NCBI RefSeq assembly: GCF_964194155.1
Contig: NC_135883.1
Coordinates: 91,512,001-91,576,000, forward strand
Direction: 5' to 3'
Source of the DNA: Cetorhinus maximus
Lineage: Eukaryota
DNA: 64,000 bases
Shown here: positions 40,680 to 54,959 of the stretch, in pieces
Numbering within the stretch: the first letter of the stretch is position 1
How the letters are laid out: every line of letters begins with the position of its first letter
Made by a program: the position numbers and the translations under genes
Notes under the pieces: generated by a model
What the model was told of the DNA's origin: nothing
Seen by the model: only the letters and a program-made list of their open reading frames with translations
Database searches by the model: none

Positions 40680-41188
40680 GGTTCATTTTTGTAGGAAGAA
40701 TGCGGAGAGACAATATAAAGTATGCGGTACAGCTCTAAAGTGTGTGCAGGAGCAGAGGGACCTGGGTGTATATTTGTATAAGTCATTAAAGGTGGCAGGA
40801 CAGGTGGAAAGAGCAGTTAATAAAGCATACAGTATCCTAGGCTTTATTAATAGGGGCATAGAGTGCAAGAGCAAGGAGATTATGCTGAGCTTGTATAGGA
40901 CACTAGTCGGACCTCAGCTGGAGTATTGTGTACAGTTCTGGGTGCCATACTTTAGGAAGGATGTGAACTCATTGGAGAGAGTGCAGAAGAGATTTACAAG
41001 AATGGTTCCAGGGATGAGAAACTTCAGTTATGAAGATAGATTGGAGAGGTTGGGACTGTTCTCCTTGGAGAGGGGAAGGCTAAGGGGAGATTTGGTAGAG
41101 GTGTTCGAAATCATGAGGGGCTGGATGGAGTAGATAGGGAGAAACTGTTCCCGTTTGTAAAAGGATCGAGAATGAGAGGGCACAGATC
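40680..41188 (+). mobile_element. CR1 LINE ORF2 C-terminal fragment
   Basis: EQRDLGV...LYRTLVGPQLEYCVQFW...ERVQKRFTRM...RLRGDL. Confidence 0.88.
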
Positions 41189-43200
41189 ACTGTACACAAT
41201 ACTCCAGCTGAGGTCCAACTAGTATCCTATACAAGTTCAGCATAACCTCCTTGCTCTTGCACTCTATGCCCCTATTAATAAAGTCTAGGATACTGTATGC
41301 TTTATTAACTGCTCTCCACCTGTCCTGCCTCCTTTAATGACTTATGCAGATATACCCAGGTCCCTCTGCTCCTGCACACCCTTTAGAGTTGTACCCCTTA
41401 CTTTACATTGTCTCTCCATGTTCTTCCCACCAAAATGAATCACCTCACATTTCTCAGCATTGAACTTCATCTGCCACCTATCTGCCCACTCCACCAACTT
41501 GCCTATGGGAAGAATTTTCCTGTCGGTGAGCGGGGGCGGGGCCCGCTCGCTGACGCGTAAAATGTCGCGCGGTGATGTTGGGCGGGCGTCCAGACATCAC
41601 CGCGCGCCATTTAGGCGACTGTGCACCCACCGAACTGTCAAAGGCCTCTTAAGGCCATTAACAAAGTAATTAAAGCTGTTAAGAAAGCTACCTGTCCAAT
41701 CTTAAGGTTGGGGGGCAGGCAAAGAGCCCAGGAGGCCTTCGCACTTTTCATGAAACCTCATCCACGGCGGGCTGAGGTTTCATGAAGGGTTCATTAATTA
41801 AATAAAATTTTTTGAAAAAATTAATGGACATGTCCCAGCTCATGTGACAGTTTCACATGAGGGGTCATGTCCTTAAAATTTTTTTTAACCTTTATTACAT
41901 TTTTCACAGCTTAAACTAATCTCCCTGAGGCACCCCTGGGGAGATTTCTGTGCTTTTTCATGCACATGCGTGTAAGAGCACAGGCCTCAACTCAGGGAAT
42001 CCCCCCCGCCTGCACAGGGAGCACTCAGTGCTTCCGGGTGAGCGTCACGCTGTGCGGGCCTTAGTTGGCTGGCCCACGTAAAATGGCGGCGCGCACCCAA
42101 TTGGCGGTGTCGATCGGGTTTGTGCTCCCCACACAACCGCCCCGACGGGGGGCAAATTCAGCCCTATGTCCATTTGAAGTTCTACACTTCCTCCTCACAG
42201 TTTTACAATGCTTCTAAGTTTTGTATCATCTGCAAACTTTGAAATTGTCCCCTGCACATCAAGATCTAGATCATTAATATATATCAGGAAAAGTAAGGGT
42301 CCCAATACCGACCCCTGGGGAACTCCACTATAAACCTTCCTCCAACCTGAAAAATACCCATTAACTAACACTCGCTGTTTCCTATTACCCAGCTAATTTT
42401 GTACCCATGTTGCTACTGTCCCCTTTATTCCATGAGCTATAACTTTGCTCACAAGTCTGCTGTGTGGCATTGTATCGAATGCCTTTTGGAATCCATGTAC
42501 ACCCCACATCAATAACATTGCCCTCATCAACCTTCTCTGTTACCTCTTCAAAAAACTCCACCAAGTTAGTTAAACACGTTTTCCCCTTAAGAAATCCATG
42601 CTGGCTCTTCCTAGTCAACCCGCCTTTTGCCATGTGACTATTAATTCTATCGCAAATAATTGTTTCTAGAAGCTTCCCCCTGACTGGTCTGTAATTGCTG
42701 GACTTATCCTGACAACGGTTTTTGAACAAGCACGTAATATTTGCAGTTCTCCAGTCCTCTGGCACCTCCCCTGAGTCTAGGGGAGACTGAAAGATTATGG
42801 CCAGTGCCCCAGCAATTTCTACTCTCACTTCCTTCTATATCCTTGGACGCGTCTCATCCAGTCCTGGTGCCTTGTCAATTTTAATTACCAACAGTTTATC
42901 AAAGACCTGCTCCTTATCAATTTTGACCCCCTTCCAGTGACAGTTTCCTGCTCTGTCACCATGCCCTGGGCAGCATCTGCTTCCTTGGTAAAGACAGACG
43001 CAAAGTATTTATTTAGCACCTCAGCCATGCCCCCTGCCTCCATGTGTTAATTCCCTTTTTGGTCCCTAATCGGCCCTACTCCTCCTTTTACCACTCTTTT
43101 CCTATTTGTGCACTTATAGAAGACTTTGGGATTCCCCTTTTTGTTGGCTGCCAGTCTTTTCTCATAATCCCCCCTTGCCTCTGTTATATGCTTCTTCACC
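41189..43200 (-). mobile_element. CR1 LINE ORF2 fragment, minus strand, interrupted by a MITE
   Basis: PEDWRTAN, SQHGFLKGKTCLTNLVEFFEEVT and the RT core on the minus strand. Its left part is the reverse complement of about 40685-40935. Confidence 0.88.
41507..42164 (-). mobile_element. PIF/Harbinger-type MITE, copy 2 (inverted)
   Basis: TIRs gggaagaatttt and caaattcagccc with a 3-bp TSD (TAT). The CR1 sequence resumes on both sides. Confidence 0.85.
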
Positions 43201-43554
43201 TCCCCCAATTAAGTTGGAGGGCGGAAGGGGCTGACGTAGGATTCCCGGCCACTGGCGGCAGGATGCCAGTTAATGCCAGTATGCTGGATCTCTCATGGGT
43301 ACATTGCCACCAGCTGCCACTGCTCCCACACACACTGGTGGCATGAAAAGCTGCCAGTCTCTAATTGGCCAGCAGCTCTCAGCAGGCGGGACTTTCGCTG
43401 CTGGGGCCCTCAGTCAAGGGGAAGGCCCAACGATAGCCACCTAAATGCTTAAAGTGCACTTGATTCCGTCGAGCCTCCCCCAGGGACTGACAGGGGTTCC
43501 CCGCCAGTTTTCCAATCAATGGCAAGACCCCTGTTGGCTTGACAAAATTCCGGT

Positions 43555-44760
43555 CAATGTTGTAGTTGTTGGAAGCTAATCATTGCATCTCCAGGCCATC
43601 AGTTCCACAGGCAAGCAACATGAATCCAACCATCTTCAGTTGTTAAATGAATAATGTTCCCACCATCATAATATCAGGACTGTTTGCCAATAAAAATTCC
43701 AGTGATCAGCTCCAATCCAGTGCTACACAGGATTGGTAGCGTAATAAGCTGTGCTACTGGACTAGTAATTCCGAGCTCTACACTCTGTTGAAATCCCACC
43801 ATGGTAATTTGTTAATTTGAATTCAGTTAAAAAATAATATGTAAATTTTAAAACGTTGGCATGAGTATAAAACTGATATGAAGCTGTCCAATTGTCATAA
43901 ATATCCAATTGATTTAGCAGCATCCCTTTGAAAAGAAACATGTTTCCTTACCCAGTCTGACGATATATGACTCCAGTCCCACATCAGCATGATTGACTCT
44001 TAAGTGGCTCATCAAGCTTGACACAATCCATAACAGAACAATTCACCATATCAGTTACAGGGCAACTAGAGTTAATGCCAGCCTTGTGAGTGACGTCAAC
44101 ATCCAAGGAATTAATTAAAAAACCTCGATCAGTAGAAAGCCATTGCCCCCCAACCTTCAATGGCACCACCATCACTGAGTCTCCCATCATTGACATAATT
44201 GCCGTTGACCAGAAGTTTAACTGGGCCAGTCATATCAGCATTATGGGAAAAGGCTGTGTGCTCAATTCCTGACCCCCTCAAAGCCTTTCCTCCTTCTACA
44301 AGGTCCATCTTTAAAGTATGGCAGAATACCTGTCTGGGAGAATGCAGTTGCAATGATACTCAAGAAACTTGACATCATCCAGAACAAAGTAGCTTTCTTG
44401 ATCAGTCCTTCTACCACTGGACTCAATATCCAGCCCTTCCATCACTGTAGTGTGCCCTGTGGCTGTAGTGTGTAGGATCTACAGGATACATAGGACCTCC
44501 CTCATGCACAACTTCTCTCACCAAGAGCAAACAGCGACAGTGTTACGGGAATAACACCACCTCCAAGTTTCCCTCCAAATTGCACACCATCATTTCTTGG
44601 ACATTGCTTCATTGTCATGGTTCAATATGCTGCATGGGAGCACCCCAAGGATTATAGCATTTGAAGGAGAAGGCCCACTATTTCCTTGTCAGGGTAATTA
44701 CAGAAGGGTGTTAATTATTGCCTTGCTGGTGTCATTGGCATCCCAACAAGAGGAAAGAAT
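43555..44760 (+). mobile_element. Old, decayed second-family LINE fragment with a nested tRNA-headed SINE (~43730-44121)
   Basis: RT-like remnants lie on both sides. The nested piece has ctactggactagtaat...gaaatcccacc, ccttacccagtctg..tgactccagtcccac and the family tail plus A-run. Confidence 0.55.
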
Positions 44761-45759
44761 CACTCCTTTTCCTGTTCTAATAACAACTTTGTGACTGACC
44801 TTGCGTTATTGTCATTGGGCTTCAGAGCTGTTTTGTAGCAAATTTAATGTGATATTTGGATGGTAAATAGAGGCTGGGTATATTTTTATTATTGGTGTAT
44901 TTATGATTCAGAACAAAGATTGCAACTTTTTTCTCACAAACAGTATTGAAATTGATTCTATGAAATACACAGGCTGCAGATATAAAATTAAAGCAGTGAA
45001 ACACCACTGTGTGGTGTATGAGGTAATTAAAGCAATCCCAATTAGAAATGTGGCAAATGTTTAGACCGAGATATTTCTACTATGGGAGACTTTTCCTACC
45101 CACTGAAACACATGATGTGCCTTTCTGCTGCTGCACGGTATCTTATATGAAACAAAGGAAGCACAGTTCTTCACTGTACCAATAAACCACAAAGGAACAA
45201 GCAACACATCAGTGCAAAGGAGACTTGTTCATTAAGTCTGCCAGTTTCTGGGTTTTTTTTAATTTCATCATTTGGGACCCATTATGACATTTAACCAATT
45301 GACTGATGTCATAACAGCAAATTGGTTGCTGTATTTTCCTGCATTATAACAATAATTGCACTTCAAAAGTATTTAATTGGCTGTAAAGAGCTTTGGGACA
45401 CCCCGAGGAGGTGAAACGTGCTACATAAATGCAAGTTCTTTCCCTTTAATCAGTTACAGTATTCAAATAGTGTGGTAAGGCCACTCATTTTGACAAGTAC
45501 AAATGAGGGGGAGGATAGGAGCTAGGATCATTACTAGTATTCTGGATTTTAATTTGCTACTGATGAAATTTCACCCAAACTCTTTGTAACCAGAATGATT
45601 AATGCGATGTGACACAGACAGAAATGAAAAAAAGTTCAGAGAAATCTGATTTCAGAGCTTAATTTCCCTTGATAGAGCATGATGCAATGCATTCACATTA
45701 ATTTACTTTGTGTCTTATTTTCCTCCAATTGATTGCCTTTTCATTTTAAACAAGTTAAC

Positions 45760-47618
45760 TTCTTTTCAATTCTTTCACGGGATGTGGACGTCGCTGGCTA
45801 GGCCAACATTTATTGCCCATCCCTAATTGCCCTTGAGAAGGTGGTGGTGAGCTGCCTTCTTGAACAGCTGCAGTCCATATGGTGTAGGTACACACACAGT
45901 GCTGTTAGGGAGGGAGTTCCGGGATTTTGACCCAGCGACAGTGAAGGAATGGCGATATATTTCCAAGTCAGGATGGTGTCTGGCTTGGAGGGGAACTTGC
46001 AAGTTGTGGTGTCTCCATGCACCTGCTGCCTTTGTCCTTCTAGGTGGTAGAGATCTCTGGTTTGGAATGTGCTATTGGAGAAGCTCTGGTAATTTGCAGC
46101 AGTGCGTTTCTAGATGGTATACACTGCTGCCGCTGTGTGTCGGTGGTGCAGGGAGTGAATGTTTAACACGGTGGATGGGGTACCAATCAAGTGGGTTGCT
46201 ATGTCCTGGATGGTGTCCAGCTTCTTGAGTGTTGTTAGAGCTACATTCATCCAGGCAAGTCTAGAGTATTCCATCACACTCTTGCCTTGTGACTTGTAGA
46301 TGGTGGACAGGCTTTGGGGAGTCAGAAGGTGAGTCACTCAGTGCAGAATTCACAGCCTCTGGCCTGCTCTTGTAGCAGAGTATTTGTTCGCTGGTCCAGT
46401 TTCTGGTCAATGGCAACCCCCGGGATGTTGATAGTGGGGGATGGTAATGCTATTGAATGTCAAGGGGCAGTGGTTAGATTCTCTCTTGTTGGGGATGGTC
46501 ATTGCCTCCACTTGTGTGGCACGAATGTTATTTGCCACTTATTAGTTGCAGGTCTGGCTGCATGTGGACATGGACTACTTTAGTGACTGAGGAGTTGTGA
46601 ATGGTGCTGACCATTGTGCAATCATCAGTGAATATCCCCACTTCTGACCTTGTGATGGAAGGAAGGTCATTGATGAAGCAGCTGAAGATGGTTGGGCCTA
46701 GGACATTACCTGAGGAACTCCTGTGGTGATGTCCTGGAACTGAGATGATTGACCTCCAACAACCACAACCTTCTTCCTTGGTGCTCAGTATGACTCCAAT
46801 TATTGCAGGCTTTTCCCTCTGCTTCCAGTTTTACTAGGGCTCCTTGATGCCACACTCTGACAAATGCTGCCTTGATGTCAAGGGCAGTCACTCTCACCCC
46901 ACCCTGGGGGTTCAGCACATATGTCCATCGTTGGATGAAGGCTGTAATCAGGTCAGGAGCTGAGTGGCTCTGGCGGAACCCAGACCAACCATTAGTGAGC
47001 AGGTTATTGCTGAGTATGTACCACTTGATAGAACTGTCAGTGATTCCTTCCATCACTTTGCTGATGATCAAGAGTAGACTGATGGGGCGGTAGTTGGCCA
47101 GGTTGTATTTGTCCTGCTTTTTGCGGACAGGACATACCTGGGCAATTTTCCACATTGCCAAGTAGATGCTTGTGTAGTAGCTGTACTGGAATAGCTTGGC
47201 TCGGTGCCAAGCTAGTTCTGGAGCACAAGTCTTCAGTACTATTGCTGGAATATTGTCAGGGCCCATAGCCTTTGCAGTATCCAGTGCCTTCAGACATTTC
47301 TTGATATCATGTGGAATTAAGTGAATTGGCTAAAGACTGGCATCTGTGATGCTGGGGACCTCGGGTGAAGGCCAAGATGGATCACCTACTCAGCAATTCT
47401 GGCTGAAGATTGTTGCGAATGTTTCAGCCTTATCTTTTGAACTGATGTGCTGGGCCCTCCCATTATTGAAGATGGGGATATTTGTGGAGCCTCTTCCTCC
47501 TGTTATTTGTTTAATTGTCCACCACCATTCGTGACTGGATGTGGCAAAACTGCAGAGCTTAGATCTGATCCATTGGCTGTGGGATCGCTTAGCTCTGTCT
47601 ATTGCTTGCTGCTTCCGC
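45760..47618 (-). mobile_element. 5'-truncated second-family LINE, minus strand
   Basis: GPDNIPAIVLKTCAPELA, ANYRPISLL and ALDIKAAFVRVWH, with the tail at 45760-45850. Confidence 0.9.
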
Positions 47619-48559
47619 TAACTAATAACTATAAAGATTGCACAGAGAAGTGTTGAACAGTGCGCTACCAGGAATTTAAAAAGCCTGGCACCCAGTTTAC
47701 ATTACAGAGGTAGATCTAGACTTTGTGTGACAGTGTGAAACGAGAAATACTGAGTCGACAGTGTGTTTTACATCCCTCCTGTTGTCTTCAACAGAAATAA
47801 AAGATCCACCAATTAAAGATCAGGCCCACTAAGCAATAGGACCGTATAGTTACGTCGTGACATATAATACTTTTGATATATATTAGGAAGGAATAGAATA
47901 CTATCAAATGATTTTTCTGTCTTGGAATTAATTTGTACAACATAAGTTAATAGTTATTTATGCTGAGAAAACATTGATCATGCTTTCATTTCTTATATAG
48001 TAAATATTTTTAAGAACCTATTTTTATATATATATTTTATGTTTTTTTACTAATATCAAATATCAAAAAAAAAATACAACTTTTCTCTGATATGCTGAAA
48101 ATTGCTGAAAGACCCGATAGAACTAATTGGAATAGCAGGCAGCCCTTGTGCTGGTGCTTTTAGTTGAACAAAGCAGCAGTTCCTAGCCTAAACACCAGAG
48201 GGCATTCCTAACCAGCAATGCGACAGGATTAACGTAGCCTAGCCTGCAATTTCTAAATATTGTACTGGGAATGAAGGCCTATTACAGAATATGTTATATA
48301 CATTTTTCTTAAAAAGATCATAGAAAATACATTTTAACCAGTATGCTGTTAGCGCGTTGTTAATATTTCCTTCCTCCGGCCTTTTAATCTTTAAATCTCT
48401 CACTCCCTCCTCACTTTACTATGCCCTGTTCACAAAGGTTGGCAGGGAAGTCAGTGTTGTGAGTTGGATTTTCCTCTGATTTTTTTTCCTGCCTTTTACA
48501 CTTGACAAATACCATGGCTTAATTTCCTCTTTCATCAAACAGCCATGTTCTTGTGTTCG

Positions 48560-49370
48560 TATAAGGATCAACAGATTTTTAGGTACTAAGGGAATGAAAG
48601 GACATGGGGATTATGTGAGAAGGTGGAGTAGGGGTAGAAGATTGAGCATGATTTTGTAGAATGGTGGAGCAGGTTTGAAGATCCAAAAGGCCTCATTGAG
48701 CCCCTATTTTTTATGTTCTTAACGAAAAGTAGGAACTCACTGCATGGAACATATAAGTAGGAATGGACCATTCAGCTCTTCATGCCTGTTCTGCCTATGG
48801 AGATCAAGGGTGTAAGCCAGTTACATAGGAACATATAGAGATAGGAGACTGCTGATCCACATGAGCCTGTTCTACCATTCACTATCATGGCTGATCAGTG
48901 ACCTAATTCCACATGCCTGCTTTTTCCCCAGATCTCTTAATAACTTTGGTTAACCTATCAATATATCAGAAATCTATCACTCTCAGAGTTAAAATGAACC
49001 TGGTGTCACCTACCATTTGTGGAAGAGGGTTCCAGGCGTCTACCACCTTTTGCATCAGGATGTCTTTCCTATCTTCACCCCTGAAATGCTTGGCTCTAAT
49101 TTTTAGGCCGTCTCCTAGATTTCTCAGCCAGGGGAAATAGTTCCTTTCTATCTATCCTATTAGTTCCCCTTAATATCTTGAAAACTTTGACCAAATTACA
49201 CTTAACGTTCTAAATTCTAGGATTTAAAACTTGGTTTGTGTAATTTCTCCTTTTAATTTAACCCTTGGAGTCCAATTATTAATTTAGTATATCTACACTG
49301 CACTCCCTCAAAAACTAATATATCATAAGGTGTGCTGCCCAGAACGAACAGAGTATACTAGGTATGATCC
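48560..49370. mobile_element. Cluster of decayed CR1 3' ends (plus strand 48560-48720, minus strand ~48830-49370)
   Basis: 3' UTR motifs similar to the other CR1 copies in the window. Confidence 0.55.
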
Positions 49371-49608
49371 ACGTTAACTTTGTTATTAGTTATTTAGTTA
49401 TTAGTTATTTCCAATAGTTTATGAAGTTACTGGAAATGATTTTGATTTCTTCAGTTAATTAGCCTTTAACAAAGTTATGTTTATTACATGTATGTTCCTG
49501 TAAAGACACCCTTTTTAAAGCTGAAGTCCTTCAAAGTGTCCTGTTTTCAATGGTAGTGAAGTTTCCCCTGCTGTTCCAATTAATTGAGTTTGTTCTCTCT
49601 CTCTCTAG

Positions 49609-50426
49609 ACCACTCAAGCTCAAGTGGCATCTCATCCTTCAAACCAAACAGACCTCAGATTACCATCCCCACAGCCCATGTCATGCCTTCCACCTCCAAC
49701 TCTTCATCAACTAGACCAAGACATCAGGACAAAACTGCCTGTGCTAAATGTAATATATCCCTGACACTGCCTGGCAAGCCAAAAAACTTTATTGCACCCA
49801 AAGCTTCTTTAGACATGAAGGACCCCAGACCCATCAGGAAATGGTCATCACTCTCCAAACTCATTGGTGCAGGGAAGTGTAACCCTGAGTGTGAGGCTAC
49901 TGGGAATGTGGATTCTGTAAACAGTATGGCAGATCTATCCAACTGCAATGTGGAGCCATGCACTTATGGAGTAAATGAGCTGGATATTTTTACATATCAC
50001 AATATGAATCATTTGAGAACTGAAGACACAAAGAGTTGGGGTACATGTACCAAAGAGCCCACCCAGAACCAGTCTTCAATTTCCATTGGGCAATACAGAT
50101 TTGAGAATTTTTATAAAGGTGCTGGGGACTCTTCTTTTCCAACTACCACACCCAGCAAAAACCACTTAGATTTAACGTTCAGTGCCTTACGTGCCACCAA
50201 GCCAACCTCAGATGACTGGGAGGCTTCTGGACAAAGACAGAGTTTTATGTCGATGAAACACCAACCTGTTTGTGGGGCTACAGCACCATCATCCCTGAGG
50301 ACACAGTTGTGGCTTAGTGACCAGATGCAAACCAATTCTCTTGACTTCAGACCTGCTGAAGAATCATGTGATTGTCAACACAAGCACCAGCTGGAACAGC
50401 TGAGACAGGAAACTGACCCAATACAG
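49609..50426 (+). CDS. CEP85L: Large internal coding exon of centrosomal protein 85-like (probably the equivalent of mammalian exon 3)
   Basis: Polypyrimidine tract plus AG acceptor (tctctctctctag|AC) at 49607-8 and CAG|GTAAGC donor at 50426/7, with an open frame of 818 nt (phase 1 in, phase 0 out). The translation has motifs I recall from CEP85L: DHSSSSG..SFKP, PTAHVMPS, SLDMKDPRPIRKWSSLSKL, DLTFSAL, LRTQLWLSDQ. Confidence 0.93.
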
Positions 50427-51775
50427 GTAAGCATTAAAAAGAAAATATTGTTTCTATACTGGTTCATCCAAGCAATGGGTCTGGCCTATATTCAAATCAT
50501 ACTAATGATTGAACACTCAGCATCAGGAATTTATGTGTCAGAGGGGTTTCTTGTGCTAAAAAAAAGATTCATAATGCAGTGGCCCATCTGTTCGTAGAGC
50601 ACCTAGTTCAGTAATTGTAAAGCTGGCAGCAAGTAGAAGCAGTTTGTCAAAACTCCCTTTGACATCTTTACAATTACTCAGTGTGGGCCATACTCAGTAG
50701 GGGGATATCTTTATAAGTTCTCTCATTAATTGCACACTTCAGAGCAAATCAAAACAAGCTTGTTGTTAGCCTTTGGCTAGGTGACTTATGATCACTATCA
50801 TACCTGGTGTTATAGACAAGCTGCTCCATGGGCAGGTAAGACCTTGATTTAGGATCTTTTGTCATTGGAAATGCAATGGGGAAATGTAACCAAGGAAACT
50901 ATTCTGCAAGGGACTTTGGCATTTTTGTGTGCAGAGGTTGTTGGGCTATGACCATCAGTGAAACAATAACTTCATCATATCACTGATTGGTGCTAAAAAT
51001 GTTTTCAGTCTTCTCCATTTCTTTCCTAGAAGCTAATATATGTTGACATACAGTTCTACTGGTGTAAATCCAGCTCTACAGTACTTTGTCCACATGATCT
51101 GATTGATGGCTGAGACTGTTTAGTGAGTGTTCACAAGCTACTCATCTGTGAAGAGCATCTCTGGAAAGCTTGTTCCTCTCCTCACTGGAATGTAGCTTTG
51201 CCCAGCAGTCACTCAGGATTGGGAACCCTAGCTGTGTTCCTTCCATAGTCCCGAAGCCAATCATACTGCCCTTACTACAGTTTGAGATCAGGTTCAGCTC
51301 AGTGAGAAAATGCCCAGCATCTATCCAGAACCATTCAAGAGTCTGTACGGTTCAGTAACCACACCACGTGGTGCATTTATGTACAGACACATTGGGGAGC
51401 TACAAATTTGTTACATTTATTGTGGGTTTGAATAAACCTGTGTAGTTTTCAGAACAGCTGATGAATGGTTGTTCCGGCATCTCAGCCTCCTAAGAACTGC
51501 CTGATACAGTAAGCATCATCTGAATAACATTTAGTTTTGATTTATGTCCTGCAACTGGATCTTAAATAATTTAATGCCATCAGTAAGTATGATAGATAGA
51601 CCAATGAAAATCTGTAATCTGCTTGGATTAAACCAGAAGTAAAAAAAAACTGAGTACTTTGTTCAAATTCAAAATTCCACCTGAAGCTACCAGAAACATA
51701 GATAGGCAAGTGACAGAGAGGGTCCATGGCTGGTCAGCAATAATCAACAGCATGAAGATTAATATTTAAGAAATT

Positions 51776-52908
51776 GGGCTAGATTTTTGCTACCAAGGTG
51801 TAGCTCAAGTCAGGAAATTTTCCAACTCAGCAGACTTGCCTCAGTTTAAAATATCAAATAGTGCAACTTTCACTTCAGGGAGGTGAGTGTGAAATGGAGT
51901 CAGGCCCATCAACCCCAGAAGAAGATCCAAGGTGGCCACAGGGGCAGGCGAGTGCCGCGGTGGGCTCATTACAAGGCCTGCTCTGTTCCTCTGGGACTCC
52001 CAGTTGTAATAAAGGCAGTTAGGCCCTCTAGCTCTGATCCCTCACACCCCTCACATCCAAACCATTCCCCAAGGCCCCTCATACCCTTCATGCCAACTCA
52101 ATGCCAACTCATGCCCCCCCCCCCCACACCCCCCACCCCCCAGCCACTCTCCATGACCCCTCATACTCTCCATGCCAACGAACCATGTAATAACAATGCC
52201 TGGGTTTCCACCTGTCCTCATTGTGTATGCTTGGCTAAGAGCCCAGTCCAATAAAGCATGAATACGGTAGGGATTCTGTTTTGACAAATGAATTGTTGAC
52301 TTTGATTGATTGACATCTTTAAGTAGTCATAATAAATTGTTCTTTCTGTGAATATTTATTTGGAAAAGGTTAAGAAATGTGAAGTATTTGAAGCCTCTGC
52401 TATTGAAATTTTGTAATGGCCTGTCTGATTGATACCTTTATAGGGTTGTAGGAATAGCAGATTTTTTTCAACGAACATTTCTGAATGTTTTTTTTCCTCA
52501 GCATTTCCACACTTGTCATTGTTATTATATAGTTCGTTGGTTTTGTACATAGTGCACACAGGGTGAATGGGTACGGAAGGAGCATGAATTGCCATTGAAT
52601 TAGCCTGAAGAGTTTGAGAGGCTATGGGGAGTAGCAGGGGGGCATGAGTTGGCATTGAGTTGGCATGGAGAGTATGAAGGGCCAAGAGGAATGGCTGAGG
52701 GGCATAGGTGAAACCTTTTGAAGTTGCCTTTAAAAAGTTCTCAAATCCAGACTATGGTTCACGACTCCTCTGTGGGGCTGTGAACCACGAGTCATGAAGA
52801 AGTTGGCCACACTCCATGAAAATTGTGGGGAGCTAGGAGATGCCTAGCAGTTCCCCCACCATTTTCAAATGGCTCTGTAGTTGTCCCAACTCAGTAAAAA
52901 TCTGGCCT
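51776..52908. mobile_element. Fold-back Harbinger-like non-autonomous element
   Basis: Termini gggctagattttt and aaaaatctggcct, with internal inverted arms catgccaactcaatgccaactcatgcccc (~52090) and ggggcatgagttggcattgagttggcatg (~52640). Confidence 0.55.
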
Positions 52909-54959
52909 CTTGTGTCCGGTCTAGTTTGCATTACAGCTTAGCAAGGCAGAAGCAACTGTTGTTATCTGTCCTCCAAGGACAGTTAATGAAGGTGCAACCA
53001 TTATAAAACTACAGAGATTAATTGTTGTTGTACTTTTATCCATTAACTGATTAATAAATCCACATGACAGTTTATAGGTTAGGCATTGTGTTTATTCACC
53101 AAATTCTGAGATTGAGAAGGAACCTGAGTGCATGTAATCTAACCATAAGATTACATCCAGTAAAGAGTATTTAACCCCTTGAATGGCTACAAATGATGTA
53201 GACATGAGATCGCTAGAGGTGCTCTTCTGGCCATAGGGGTTTTGAGTTCAACCAAGGGGTCTGAGACACTGAATCTGAAAAAAAAAAATCTGATGTAAAA
53301 TCCCAACAAAAAAGGAGAGAAAACAAAGAAAAATCAGATCTCCCAGTGGCTGGACCCACGGACAACAAAGTGAATTATCGTCAGCACTGCTTGTGCAGGG
53401 CAGATCAGATCTCAATGCTCCTCATCTTCCTTGTTGTTTAAAACACGCAGATGAGCAACGACATTTAGATAACTTACTAAAATTAGAATGATGAATGATG
53501 TAAATTTTAATGTTGAACAGCAGAGATTGCTACAAAAATTCTAGAGTGAATCAGGTGACATCCATGTGAAATCTTTTTTCACATCGCCATCTGCTCTTAA
53601 TTGTGACATTATTTCTGTGAAATGTGAAAAAGCTATAGAGTTGTAGTGTGATATAAATAACTTTGTCATAGAAACACAAGAATCACTTAAAAGTCAAAAA
53701 GTAGCACATACAAATGGACAAGATGTTCACTGTGGTGGGCAGTGAGATTTCTCCTGTCAGCTCTGCTTATTAAGTAAGTATCAACTTCTCACACATATAG
53801 CTGCCATAATGAAAGCACAGTGAGATCCACATATAAAAGATGTCTTGTTGGAAGAATGCCATGGCCTCAGTTGCTGTTCACATTTAATGTTTTCAATGAC
53901 CTCATCAGCAATTGCAGGCTCAATAAAAATACTCACAGAAATAAACAGAGCGGGCCAAGGGAGTCAAAATGAATCATTATGAGACCAAAGGAATTGACTT
54001 TATTGTGGCTGTGCTGGTGCGAGCTCTCCAGCTGGAGTTAACAGTGGCAGTTTTAGACTTCCACCTGAAATGGACGGCAGAACAGGCACACTGCCCGCCT
54101 GAAGGAGGCTGAACTGTTTGACGGCTTGGAGCTGCCAAGTGGGCATCTCACTGCAACTTTCTGGCTGTGGGATGGCTGGAACTCTCTTAGCTCCCACACT
54201 GTGCTGGCCTCCAGGGTAGGGAAAGGGGTGGAAGGGAAGGGAGAGGGGATGCCATGTGAGTGCATCTGCTCCTCTCAGCTCTATAAAAAATAAAAATGTC
54301 AAAGTTTGTTTCGCATATTGTTGAGTGTTAGCAATAAACATATTAATGTGCATATGAAACTGCTCTGTCAGTATTTGTTTGCAATTTGATATGTTTGTTA
54401 AATTTCTGGGCATAACACATGTTAATTAGTTTATTGCGGATTTCAGTGTGTACAACCCAATAAACTCCAATACTTTCCTTTTTAATATTCCCCTTTGTTT
54501 TTCCATTGCAGAAATAAGACACATTAAAAATGACATGCAAACCATTTTAGTATGATTTTATTCTACGTTAATATACAAAGTGCCACCATTTTTCCTAACA
54601 TGGAATAACCCCAGGAATAAACATAAATCTCTGCAGTTATCTCTTGACCTGGAAATTGTCATATCATCTTGAATGTAGTCACATGGATGACAGATTCAAT
54701 CAACATGGACTGAATTTACTGGATTGGATTGCATCCTGATGTTGGCCTTAATTTCGGGTCAGGAACCTGGATGTGGCCATGGAGTGGTGTCAGTTGCAAC
54801 CTTCCTGGAGGCAGTTGATTATAAAGTCATCTCTGTGACCCCCTATCCAATAGTCCTGATGGGTGGACCAGGTAAGCGGAAGGCCCAATAGGAGGAGCTG
54901 CGGCAACTGATAGTCCCTTTGGGAGAGATGGAAGATGCTGAAGCAGGCAGGAAATCAAA

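Noticed and set aside
1-49608. Upstream CEP85L exons (e.g. the SDSGDTGIGTS-encoding exon)
   Set aside because: Not found by eye or in the ORF track. They probably lie upstream of the window, though a short exon could have been missed.
50427-50597. C-terminal hydrophobic extension of the 337-aa ORF
   Set aside because: It lies after a canonical GTAAGC donor where CEP85L similarity ends, so it is intron read-through.
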